Below are positions 29,947 through 39,270 of a stretch of DNA of 64,000 nucleotides, one piece after another; position 1 is the first letter of the stretch; each line of letters starts with the position of its first letter. Source of the DNA: a candidate division FCPU426 bacterium (GTDB lineage Bacteria; Oederibacteriota; Muellerivitia; Muellerivitales; Muellerivitaceae). The DNA lies in contig CAVRAL010000004.1 in the NCBI GenBank assembly GCA_963719085.1, forward strand, positions 448,001-512,000. The letters are read 5' to 3'. Made by a program: the position numbers and the translations under genes. The notes under the pieces were generated by a model. That model worked only from the letters and a program-made list of their open reading frames with translations. It had not been told where the DNA came from and did no database searches.

Positions 29947-30351
29947 GTGAAAAAGATTCTTTTCATGTGTGTGGCCAATTCGGGAAGAAGCCAAATGGCT
30001 GAAGGGATGGCCAAAAAGCTCTTTGGGGACCGAGCTTTAATCCAAAGCGCCGGTTCTAAGCCTTCCGTCGTAAATCCTTTCGCCATCAAGGCCATGGCTG
30101 AAATCGGCATTGATATCACGGGCCAACGGTCAAAATCAGTGGATGAGATAGATCCGTCCACGGTGGATACGGTCATTACACTTTGTGCCGAAGAAGTGTG
30201 CCCTGTTTTCCTCGGAAAAGCTGAACGCCTGCACTGGCCCCATACGGACCCTGGGCATGGCAAAACCACGGACGAGGAAAAACTCCAAAGCTTCCGGGAG
30301 GTAAGGGATCAAATCCAAAACAGGTTAAAGGTTTTTAAAGAGACGTTATAA
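29947..30351 (+). CDS. arsC: Arsenate reductase, LMW-PTP fold
   Basis: [14 protein letters not shown]-loop, [25 protein letters not shown]. Confidence 0.92.
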   Translation: MKKILFMCVANSGRSQMAEGMAKKLFGDRALIQSAGSKPSVVNPFAIKAMAEIGIDITGQRSKSVDEIDPSTVDTVITLCAEEVCPVFLGKAERLHWPHTDPGHGKTTDEEKLQSFREVRDQIQNRLKVFKETL

Positions 30352-30363
30352 GACCTAATTTTT

Positions 30364-31119
30364 TTATTTATTCTTTTGGTCGGGGCCCCATGTCCAATAA
30401 AGGGCTAAATACGAAACGGTTGTGTTCTGTCCGACTATGGAATGGCCCCCAGAAAACAGGAGACTGAAGTCCGGAGAAAAATTAAACTGCCCACCGATGT
30501 TTGCCAAAAGAAAGCCTTGATCTGCGTCCGTGTCCTGCCCTTGCGCGAAAAGTTCCCCTCCCAGGGTTAGTTGGCCGCTTAGGTCCCTTTGGAGAAGCCA
30601 ACCGCCAAAAGGATAATCGCGGGCACCGGGTGCCGAATTGAAAACATATCCCCCGCCGCCATAGGTGGTCCAAGGTCCCCAACTTTTCTGAATCCAGAGG
30701 GGCAACCTATACCAGATGAGTCCGTTTCCTAAACCCTTTGAAACGTCGCCGGTTGGGATTTCCACCATGGGGAAGATTCCAACCTGGGGATTGTCGGACC
30801 CTTCTTCAATAAACCTGAACTTAATGCCTGTTTCCGTATCCCCCAGTCCGTAAGCCGATCCATTGCCGCCGGGAGAGAAATAAGTAAGCGAAGTCAAAAT
30901 GTGGAGTTGGACGTCCGGCATTGCCCCCCAATTGAATTCCACGGCGGGCCCCTGGACTAAGGAATCTCCACCCGACTTATTCAGGGTCGAAAAAAGGTAA
31001 AACTCGTAATGGCCCGTGTCCACCGGTTCAGGGTCATCGGTTAAGAAGGGGGGACCGGCCCAAGCGGGGATAGCGCAGATGATAAGGGCACCAATGAATA
31101 GGCCATAAAATTTTCCCAT
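30364..31119 (-). CDS. Exported/outer-membrane protein (transporter-like)
   Basis: Signal peptide, GPPFLTDDPEP motif, amphipathic beta strands. Confidence 0.7.
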   Translation of the reverse strand: MGKFYGLFIGALIICAIPAWAGPPFLTDDPEPVDTGHYEFYLFSTLNKSGGDSLVQGPAVEFNWGAMPDVQLHILTSLTYFSPGGNGSAYGLGDTETGIKFRFIEEGSDNPQVGIFPMVEIPTGDVSKGLGNGLIWYRLPLWIQKSWGPWTTYGGGGYVFNSAPGARDYPFGGWLLQRDLSGQLTLGGELFAQGQDTDADQGFLLANIGGQFNFSPDFSLLFSGGHSIVGQNTTVSYLALYWTWGPDQKNK

Positions 31120-31138
31120 GAACCACCCCCTGCTTTTT

Positions 31139-32368
31139 TTAAACAATTCCAAATCCGGCCAATATCCCGGCAAGGACCACGACCAACCAGGGCGGAACCT
31201 TCCAAACAAGCAACGCCAAAAAGGCGATTAGCGCCGCGCAGAAATCCCGGGGACCAAGGATGGCGCTTTTCCAAACGGGGTTGTAGAAAGCCGCCAAAAG
31301 GAGCCCGACCACCGCCGAATTGATCCCCATCATCACTTTCTGCATCCCCTGGTAATGCCGCAGGCGGTCCCAAAAGGGGATGATCCCGATCACCAGCAAA
31401 AACGAGGGCAGGAATATTGCGACGACGGCGATGGCCGCTCCCAGCCAGCCCGAAGGGGTTTGGGTGGAAATGGCCCCCAGGTAGGCGGCAAAAGTGAATA
31501 AGGGGCCGGGAACGGCTTGGGCCGCTCCATAACCGGCCAGGAATAAATCGTTGGAAACCCAACCGCGAGCCACCACTTGTGATTGAAGCAAAGGGAGCAC
31601 AACATGCCCACCGCCGAATACCAGCGAGCCTGTCCGATAAAAAACGTCAAAAAGTTGAACCGTGTAGTTATTGAAATGGGCCGCCAGGATAGGAAGTGGA
31701 AAAAGAAGAAGAAAGAAAAGGGAAATTAATATGGCTCCCGTCGTTCGGCTGGTCCTTGTTTGGAGAAATCCTTTATGCGTTTCAGGTGAAAAAGGAAGGA
31801 GCGCCCAACCCGCAAGACCGCCCACCACAATGATTCCGATTTGGGCCAGGGGGCTTGGGATGAAAATGACGAGGGCGGCGGCGCAAACCGTGAAGGTGGC
31901 CCGAATTATATCCGGACTAAGCGTTTTACCCATGCCCCACAGGGCCTGAGCCACTACCGCTACGGCGACCAACTGAAGCCCGTGCAACCAGCCGGTTCCA
32001 AGATGAGTCCCGAAAAGGGATAAGCCGTAAGCGAAGAGAACCAGGGCAACGGCGGAAGGAAGCATAAAACCGAGCCATGCCAGCAAGGCTCCCCAAACGC
32101 CTCCCCGCGAAAGACCGATCGCGATGCCGACTTGACTGCTGGCCGGGCCCGGAAGGAACTGGCAAAGCGCCACCAGATCGACATAAGACTTTTCGCTAAA
32201 CCACTTCCGGCGGGCAACGAATTCCTGCCGGAAATACCCCAGATGGGCGATTGGCCCGCCAAAAGAGGTCAGCCCAAGCCTAAGAAAAACCAGGAAGATT
32301 TCGATTGGGTTGGAATCTGCCGCCTGTTTGGATGCGCTCATCGGATATTTCTTTTTTCTTTCGGCCAT
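31139..32368 (-). CDS. chrA: Chromate efflux transporter
   Basis: SFGGP, QFLPGPASSQ, VFGGGHVVLP, AQAVPGP duplicated CHR motifs. Confidence 0.95.
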   Translation of the reverse strand: MAERKKKYPMSASKQAADSNPIEIFLVFLRLGLTSFGGPIAHLGYFRQEFVARRKWFSEKSYVDLVALCQFLPGPASSQVGIAIGLSRGGVWGALLAWLGFMLPSAVALVLFAYGLSLFGTHLGTGWLHGLQLVAVAVVAQALWGMGKTLSPDIIRATFTVCAAALVIFIPSPLAQIGIIVVGGLAGWALLPFSPETHKGFLQTRTSRTTGAILISLFFLLLFPLPILAAHFNNYTVQLFDVFYRTGSLVFGGGHVVLPLLQSQVVARGWVSNDLFLAGYGAAQAVPGPLFTFAAYLGAISTQTPSGWLGAAIAVVAIFLPSFLLVIGIIPFWDRLRHYQGMQKVMMGINSAVVGLLLAAFYNPVWKSAILGPRDFCAALIAFLALLVWKVPPWLVVVLAGILAGFGIV

Positions 32369-32453
32369 TTAAACGCATCCTATGTTTCATATCAAAACCT
32401 AGTATAAAGTATCGGGGTTGGCCATTTCCTGCAATGACGTAGAGGGGGCCCTT

Positions 32454-33023
32454 GTGTCTATTTTCCAAAAAATTGATGTTTCCATCTTTCGGTGGATAAA
32501 CAGCGATTGGTCCAATCCTTTTCTCGATAAGGTATTCAGCCTCTTTAGCGACCTTCCAGTTCTTCTCGTTCCTGCCGTTGTTTTAATCGTTTGGCTTTTG
32601 ATGAAAGGTGGAAAGGATGGGAGGGTTTTCGTATTGAAACTTGTCTTGGCGGTAATAGCCGCCAACGAAATCACGGAACTTCTGATTAGGCCTTGGGTAG
32701 GCCGGGTGAGACCCTGCGTAGCCTTGCAGGGCGTGCATACTCCTGACGGAATATTGACGTCCTATTCTTTCCCTGCCGGCGCGGCGGCATTGATCGCAAG
32801 CGTCATGTTTCTTTTAAGTGTCCGTTATCCCCGGTACAAATGGGTTTTTATTTTCATGGCGGCGATGGTGGGGCTTTCTCGGATCTACTTGGGCGTCCAT
32901 TACCCGACGGATGTTTTGGGCGGATTCGTTATTGGTATTTTGGCGGGATCGGTCGTCCTGTTGGTTTTCCGGGTTGTTGGAAAAGCAATAACCCGAAAGC
33001 GCGGTTCCGACATTTCCCATTAA
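32454..33023 (+). CDS. PAP2-family protein with degenerate C2 motif
   Basis: RVRP, SFPAGA (normally PSGH), SRIYLGVHYPTDV. Confidence 0.85.
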   Translation: MSIFQKIDVSIFRWINSDWSNPFLDKVFSLFSDLPVLLVPAVVLIVWLLMKGGKDGRVFVLKLVLAVIAANEITELLIRPWVGRVRPCVALQGVHTPDGILTSYSFPAGAAALIASVMFLLSVRYPRYKWVFIFMAAMVGLSRIYLGVHYPTDVLGGFVIGILAGSVVLLVFRVVGKAITRKRGSDISH

Positions 33024-33089
33024 CGCCGTCATCTTTTGTCGCCGGGACATCCGTTAAGTTCGCCAAACGTGGCAATCCGGGGGTATAAT

Positions 33090-33121
33090 TTATCGGCAGT
33101 TTAACGGCAGGTATTCGGCGG
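33090..33121 (+). repeat. Three 11-bp-phased repeats upstream of fic
   Basis: CGGC cores at 33094, 33105, 33116 between TATAAT (33084-33089) and the RBS. Confidence 0.75.
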
Positions 33122-33128
33122 AGGACTT

Positions 33129-34223
33129 ATGGCTTATCAACCGATATTTAAAGTGACCTCCCCCATGCTCAAGCTCCTGGGAAAAATGGAGGCGGCGCGA
33201 GAGATCGTCGAAACCCTGGACCTTCCATTTGACCTTGAACAAGAATTCCGTCAGGACGCCTCGGCGAGGATGACCCACTACTCCACAAAGATCGAGGGTA
33301 ACCGCCTCACCTTGAAGCAAACCAAGGAGCTTTTGGCGGGCCAAACGGTCATTGCCCGTGAGATTGATAAACGGGAGGCCATGAACTATTACGACTGCCT
33401 GGACTTGGTTCACCGGCATTCCAAAACCCAAAAACCGGTCACGGAAGCCCTTATCAAGGAAATCCATAAGACCGTCCAAAAAGGGATCGTGACGGGCAAA
33501 CTCCGGGGGGAATATCGTGATGCCCAAAATGCAATCTACGATTCGGCTACCCGGAAGCCGGTCTATTTCCCCCCTGAGGCCAAGGAAGTCCCCCCCCTGA
33601 TGAAATCATTCGTGTCCTGGCTCAACAGCGATAAGGATACTCATCCTATTTTGAAAGCGGGTGTGGCGCATTATCAGTTCGTCACGATCCACCCCTTCAT
33701 GGATGGTAACGGGCGGACGGCCAGGGCAATTGCCACCCTCCTGCTTTACCAAGAGGGATACAGCTTGAAGCGTTTTTATTCCCTTGAGGAATATTACGCG
33801 GAGGACTTGAAAGGTTATTACAACAACCTACACCTTTGCCAGGGTGTCCATTACTACAACAACCCCAACCCGGACATAACCCGTTGGTTGGAGTACTTCC
33901 TTAACGGTGCCGCCATCGTGTTTGAAAGGGTCAAGGAAAAGGCCTTGGCCGCCGCCAAAAAACGCCCGGCCCCGCAAAGCACTAGGGACGTTAAGCTCCT
34001 TCAAACCATTGGACCCAGGGAAAGGCGTGTGCTGGATTACTTTGGAAAGAATCTACAACTCAGGACCAAAAACCTCAGTTCCCTGTTCAACATCAAGGAG
34101 CGGGCGGCCCGGGACTTGTTGACCAAATGGATGAAGCAAGGCTTGGTTAAGAAGCAGGGTTCAGGCAAGCGGGACGCCTACTACATTTTATCGGCGGAAT
34201 ATCGGCGTCTTATCGGCAGTTAA
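33129..34223 (+). CDS. Fic-domain protein (class II) with C-terminal winged helix
   Basis: HPFMDGNGRTAR catalytic motif, STKIEGN inhibitory motif, C-terminal wHTH (ERAARDLL..GLVKKQG). Confidence 0.93.
   Translation: MAYQPIFKVTSPMLKLLGKMEAAREIVETLDLPFDLEQEFRQDASARMTHYSTKIEGNRLTLKQTKELLAGQTVIAREIDKREAMNYYDCLDLVHRHSKTQKPVTEALIKEIHKTVQKGIVTGKLRGEYRDAQNAIYDSATRKPVYFPPEAKEVPPLMKSFVSWLNSDKDTHPILKAGVAHYQFVTIHPFMDGNGRTARAIATLLLYQEGYSLKRFYSLEEYYAEDLKGYYNNLHLCQGVHYYNNPNPDITRWLEYFLNGAAIVFERVKEKALAAAKKRPAPQSTRDVKLLQTIGPRERRVLDYFGKNLQLRTKNLSSLFNIKERAARDLLTKWMKQGLVKKQGSGKRDAYYILSAEYRRLIGS
34188..34221 (+). repeat. Three 11-bp-phased repeats at the 3' end of fic
   Basis: TATCGGC units with CGGC cores at 34192, 34203, 34214; TTATCGGCAGTT identical to 33090-33101. 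Confidence 0.75.
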
Positions 34224-34465
34224 AGAAGTGACCGTTTTTCAGGGAGGCGGCAAGGCAAACTTGGCAAGTTGGACGCCCAATGATAGGCTTTTCTTGAAGA
34301 GTCTTTAAGTGGCTTTCATCCAGGACCGATGATGTTCCTGGATGACCTTAAGGAACGAAAGTTCATAGGGCTCCAGGATTCTTTAAAGGGCCTCCTTCGG
34401 GGGCCTTTTTTATTTGCTAAGCAAAGAAGGCCGGTTGGAAGATAGACAAAACAGGGGTGACTCAA

Positions 34466-34900
34466 ATGAAGGGCAACTTATTAAAACTTCAGGATTTAAA
34501 GGCCAATAACGAATAGTGCGACAAGGACCGGGTATTACTTTATGCCTGTTTCCAAATCCTTGTGGACTTCATCGATAAGGAAAAACCCCAAACGATCGTG
34601 GACTATAAGCACGACCGGGAACATCGGCGTCAATGGAAAGAACTTCAAACCCTTTATAAATATTGGAAACAGGATCGTCCAAAGCTGGAAAAAGAAAGCA
34701 TAAAAGCCTTAATGAAAGCGGGTCTAAGGATGGTGGACAAGCCCTCTAAAAGAAGCTCGGGGGCAAACACTGAAGTTCAAATTACAATCAAAGACAAACA
34801 GGCCTATCGTCTCCATAACCGCGTGGACAACAAGCTTCACAGGTTAGATGACGAAATGCTTCAACGACTTGTTAATATCAGAAATAATCTTTGGTGTTAA
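34466..34900 (+). pseudogene. Hypothetical gene interrupted by in-frame TAG
   Basis: ATG 34466 in frame with ORF 34562-34900; single TAG at 34514-34516 (..NE*CDKDRVLLYACFQILVDF). Confidence 0.55.
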
Positions 34901-35087
34901 AAGCTTCGATTTAAAGGCTGATAAGTATGCAACCAAAATTTCTAGCCCAATTAAAAGAAAAATTAAATCGTGACGGTTCGTTCATGCCGCCATATATCAC
35001 ATCTGGCTTTCTAAATATTTTCCAACTCCGGATTTTCTCAATAAAGAAGATTGTGATCGAAAAAATTGGAGGAGGTGTTATGGAATA

Positions 35088-36974
35088 ATGCAAAATCAAT
35101 TTGAAAATTCATCTTGGAAATCTTTTCCCCGAATATGGAATCATAAATCGACGATTATTTCGGTCTTTACAGTATTGGCCCTTTTGTTACATCTGGTTTT
35201 TCGCTATGGAATTCATTCCACAGCCATTGCCTATCAGACCCCTTTATTCGCAGTGTTCATCCTTGGAGGATTGCCTCTTCTTTACGACCTGATTCAAAAA
35301 CTCTTAAAACTGGATTTTGGCGCCGATCTTTTAGGCGGTATTTCTATTATTGCTTCTGTCCTATTGGGGCAATATTTGGCCGGTTCAATAATCGTGTTAA
35401 TGCTGTCGGGCGGCGAAGCCTTGGAGAAGTACGCGTTGCGCAACGCTTCTTCGGTTTTGGCGGCGTTGGCAAAACGGATGCCATCGATTGCTCATAAGAA
35501 ATTGGATGGTGTAATTCAGGACGTGACGCTTTCTGACATCTTGGTCGGAGATACACTTATAATTTTTCCTCATGAAATTTGTCCTGCGGATGGCGCCGTG
35601 ATGGAGGGTCACGGTGTAATGGATGAATCCTATTTAACGGGAGAGCCGTTTCAAATTACGAAAACCCGTGGCTCGACAGTTATCTCGGGTTCGATCAATG
35701 GCGAATCACCATTAACGATTCAGGTTACCCAACGGGTCGCTGATTCCCGTTATGCGAAAATTATGGAGGTTATGCGGCAAACGGAGGACAAACGGCCGCA
35801 ATTGCGCAGGCTCGGGGATCAATTGGGCGCAATTTATGCCCCTTTCGCGCTAATCGTTTCCATCTTGGCCTGGGTTTTAAGTGGTGATCCAATTCGCTTT
35901 CTTGCGGTCCTAGTGATTGCGACTCCCTGTCCGTTGCTGCTGGCTATTCCAATCGCCATCATTGGTTCGATCTCCCTCTGTGCCCGTCGTTCAATCATCG
36001 TAAAAAATCCGGTCGCGCTCGAACAAATCGCAGGGTGCCGAACGGCGATTTTTGACAAAACAGGGACGCTCACTTATGGAGAACCTAAACTAACGGAGCA
36101 GGAAGTCGCGCCGGGATTTAAACAACACGAAGTCTTAATTCTCGTAGCCAGCTTAGAACGTTATTCTAAGCATCCCTTGGCACGGGCAATTCTTTTGTCG
36201 GCAAAGGAGCAGAATCTCCAACTTCCAGAAGCCACCGAGGTGAGTGAAAAACCCGGCCGGGGCTTGCAGGGGATCGTTTCTGGCCTTCATTTGCAGATCA
36301 CGAGCCGTAATAAGCTCGAGGGCCAAGGCGTCATTGGATTTGACCAAATTTCGCCTGTTGGCGGCGGGCTTGAGTGCGTTGTGGTGATAGACAATCACTT
36401 CGCGGCCTCCCTACATTTTCGGGATGCGCCCCGAACCGAAAGTTTATCCTTTGTGAAACACTTAGGACCCAAGCATCAATTCCAAAAAGTCATGATTGTA
36501 ACAGGTGATAGAGAATCCGAGGCCCGGTATCTCGCCGAACAGGTTGGCATCACCGAGATTTTCGCTCAGAAGAGTCCTGAAGAAAAACTAGAAATCGTCC
36601 GAAGGGAAACCTCGGTTGCCAAAACGCTTTACGTGGGGGATGGCATCAATGATGCGCCCGCCATGATGGCGGCCACTGTGGGAATAGCGATGGGTCAAAA
36701 CAGCGAAGTAGCGGCAGAAGCCGCGAGTGTTGTAATCATGGATAACTCACTCAAGAAAGTAGATGAGTTTATTCATATCAGTCGCCGGATGAGGATGATT
36801 GCGATTCAAAGTGCGGTTGGTGGAATGGCGCTGAGTGTCATCGGCATGGCATTCGCGGCAACAGGACATTTAGCCCCGGTCAGCGGGGCTATTATCCAAG
36901 AAGGAATAGATGTCTTTGCGATCTTGAACGCCCTGCGGGCGGCTTTGCCCCCTAAATTAATTAATGATCTTTAA
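35088..36974 (+). CDS. Heavy-metal P-type ATPase, P1B-5 subtype
   Basis: TPCP, DKTGT, SKHP, GDGINDAP, QSAVGGMALSVIGM, QEGID. Confidence 0.9.
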   Translation: MQNQFENSSWKSFPRIWNHKSTIISVFTVLALLLHLVFRYGIHSTAIAYQTPLFAVFILGGLPLLYDLIQKLLKLDFGADLLGGISIIASVLLGQYLAGSIIVLMLSGGEALEKYALRNASSVLAALAKRMPSIAHKKLDGVIQDVTLSDILVGDTLIIFPHEICPADGAVMEGHGVMDESYLTGEPFQITKTRGSTVISGSINGESPLTIQVTQRVADSRYAKIMEVMRQTEDKRPQLRRLGDQLGAIYAPFALIVSILAWVLSGDPIRFLAVLVIATPCPLLLAIPIAIIGSISLCARRSIIVKNPVALEQIAGCRTAIFDKTGTLTYGEPKLTEQEVAPGFKQHEVLILVASLERYSKHPLARAILLSAKEQNLQLPEATEVSEKPGRGLQGIVSGLHLQITSRNKLEGQGVIGFDQISPVGGGLECVVVIDNHFAASLHFRDAPRTESLSFVKHLGPKHQFQKVMIVTGDRESEARYLAEQVGITEIFAQKSPEEKLEIVRRETSVAKTLYVGDGINDAPAMMAATVGIAMGQNSEVAAEAASVVIMDNSLKKVDEFIHISRRMRMIAIQSAVGGMALSVIGMAFAATGHLAPVSGAIIQEGIDVFAILNALRAALPPKLINDL

Positions 36975-37055
36975 TAAGGTTATAATTGATTCCTGGATAT
37001 GCCAACCCTTTAAGCAATTTTGGGAATACTCTAAAAAAATAATCGGATTTTAAAC

Positions 37056-38012
37056 TTGAACCAATGGATTCAAAAAGTATTGGAAGGATACTCATTGCAA
37101 GGGAACCGGCTGGCTAATCGATTATTGGCTAGATCCAATTTCATTGAGAAACACAATCGCAAACCCAGAAATCCATTTTCAGCAAAAGCCACATTCGAGG
37201 ATTATATTTTTCAAAAGATGATCGGCCCTTGGACCCCTTTTGAAGAAAGTTGTGTTGATAAAGAAAGCGCGAAGGCCACGGCCACTAAGCTTTCCAGCAG
37301 GATTAAAACCACACCAACCATCACGGTGTTTCCTATAAGCTCCGACTACACTTTGGAAAAAGTTGGAAGTTTACTTTATCCATATATTGGCAAAAACATT
37401 TTGGCCAAATGTACCCATGCATCGGGTGGGATCGTGTTTCTTGGATTGAATAATTTAGAAAGAATCGTTAAACAAACAATTCGGATTTTTCAATTGGCAA
37501 AACAAAATTATTTTTTATTCGAATATGAATCCCAATATCGACGGTTGGTCCCCAAGATAATCCTTGAAGAATGCTTGCCAATGACCGGCATCCTGACAAA
37601 TGAAAGAATAGAGTACAAACCACCGCCTGATTTTCGATTTTATTCTACCCGGGGAAAGGTATTGTTTTGCCAGTACGACGATGGACGGTTTTCCGATCAT
37701 CGCCAAGCGCTTTTCACTGTTCCAGAACACAACCACATTCCCATTCTGAATATTTTTCCCCTTCCCGATCAATTGCCTTCTAAACCTGACCATTGGGTAG
37801 AAATGCTTCAAATCGCTTCGGACTTATCAAAACCTTTTGATTTCGTTCGAGTAGACCTTTATGACCTTCCTGATGGCGTTTATTTCAGCGAATTTACTTT
37901 TACGCCGAACGCATCATTTTTTCCATTTCAGGACAAAGCCTTTAGTCGACGTTTATTGGAAGACGTTTTATTGGCTTCAGGAAAAAAGTCAGGTGATACT
38001 TTCGTCGGATAA
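37056..38012 (+). CDS. TupA-like ATP-grasp amidoligase
   Basis: VDK, KCTHASG, PKIILEE, DFRFY, FDFVRVDLY..YFSEFTFTP. Confidence 0.85.
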   Translation: MNQWIQKVLEGYSLQGNRLANRLLARSNFIEKHNRKPRNPFSAKATFEDYIFQKMIGPWTPFEESCVDKESAKATATKLSSRIKTTPTITVFPISSDYTLEKVGSLLYPYIGKNILAKCTHASGGIVFLGLNNLERIVKQTIRIFQLAKQNYFLFEYESQYRRLVPKIILEECLPMTGILTNERIEYKPPPDFRFYSTRGKVLFCQYDDGRFSDHRQALFTVPEHNHIPILNIFPLPDQLPSKPDHWVEMLQIASDLSKPFDFVRVDLYDLPDGVYFSEFTFTPNASFFPFQDKAFSRRLLEDVLLASGKKSGDTFVG

Positions 38013-38148
38013 ATCCGCTTGTTGGGCCATTTTAAACGTCTAACGAGCGGCTTGTTCTTGGGTATCGGGACCCGATTGTTATGATACGGTTACCCTTTTC
38101 ATATCAAAATTTCACCGGATTTTTTTAAAAACAAACACAGGAAATGCC

Positions 38149-39252
38149 TTGGAGCCCTACACGAGCCTAAATTTTTCAGGTGGTCCTGGCGCTTTACCTC
38201 AAGAGGTCCTGGAGGAAGCCAGTGAGGCAATACTCAGGGCTCCTGGAACCAATCAATCCATCTTGGGTATTAGTCATCGCTCTGATTATTTTAAAAACCT
38301 ACTGAAGGAGTCGGAGGGAATATTCCGAGAACTTTTAAATATACCCCCTGATTACCACGTGCTCCAACTTCAAGGCGGAAGCAGTCTCCAATTCTCTATG
38401 GTTCCAATGTTGCTTCTTCGAGGTAAAGAAAGACCGGCAGAATATTTGAAAACCGGATACTGGAGTTCAAAGTCCATACCAGACGCGCGGCTGGAAGGTT
38501 TAGTACATGTCCTTTATGACGGACAGAAGGAAAATTTTACTCAATTGCCAAACGAAGGAGAACTAACCTACGATTCCAAAGCATCCTACTTTCATTATGT
38601 TTCTAATGAAACGGTGGAGGGCCTCCAATTTCATTACCTTCCAGGCTTAAAAAACGTTCCAAGAATATGCGATATGTCCTCCGACTTTTTGAGTAAACCC
38701 ATGGATATCAATAATTTTAGCCTTGTCTATGCTCATGCACAAAAAAACCTGGGCCCCGCAGGTCTAACCTTGGTCATCATCAAGGATGAATTGTTAAACA
38801 ATGCTCCCGATCATTTACACAGCATTCTGGACTACCGAAATCATGTAGAAATGGGATCTATTTATAACACTCCCCCAGTTTTTTCCATTTACGTCACTTT
38901 GTTAGTTGCCCGTTGGCTAAAAAATAAAGTTGGCGGCCTTAATAAAATGAAAGATCTAAACAAAGAAAAAGCAAATTCCCTTTATGGTCTGTTGGACCGG
39001 TATCCGGATTTCTTTCGGATTCACGCAGTCCAAAAAGATAGGTCCCTCATGAACGTGGTATTCCATTTGCCGAGTCCTCTACTGGACAAGGCTTTTCTGG
39101 AGCAAGCCTCTGCCGCTGGTTTTTATGGTCTAGAAGGCCATCGATCCCTCGGCGGATTGCGGGCTTCCCTCTACAATTCCGTCACCCAAGAGGACGTTGA
39201 TCGACTTTTGGAATTCATATCTGATTTCCGGACAAAAAATTTAAATTTTTGA
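38149..39252 (+). CDS. serC: Phosphoserine aminotransferase
   Basis: NFSGGP, ISHRS, SNETVEG, DMSSD, AQKNLGPAG, NTPP, GHRSLGGLRASLYN. Confidence 0.93.
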   Translation: MEPYTSLNFSGGPGALPQEVLEEASEAILRAPGTNQSILGISHRSDYFKNLLKESEGIFRELLNIPPDYHVLQLQGGSSLQFSMVPMLLLRGKERPAEYLKTGYWSSKSIPDARLEGLVHVLYDGQKENFTQLPNEGELTYDSKASYFHYVSNETVEGLQFHYLPGLKNVPRICDMSSDFLSKPMDINNFSLVYAHAQKNLGPAGLTLVIIKDELLNNAPDHLHSILDYRNHVEMGSIYNTPPVFSIYVTLLVARWLKNKVGGLNKMKDLNKEKANSLYGLLDRYPDFFRIHAVQKDRSLMNVVFHLPSPLLDKAFLEQASAAGFYGLEGHRSLGGLRASLYNSVTQEDVDRLLEFISDFRTKNLNF

Positions 39253-39270
39253 CTTACTTAAGGAAATGTT

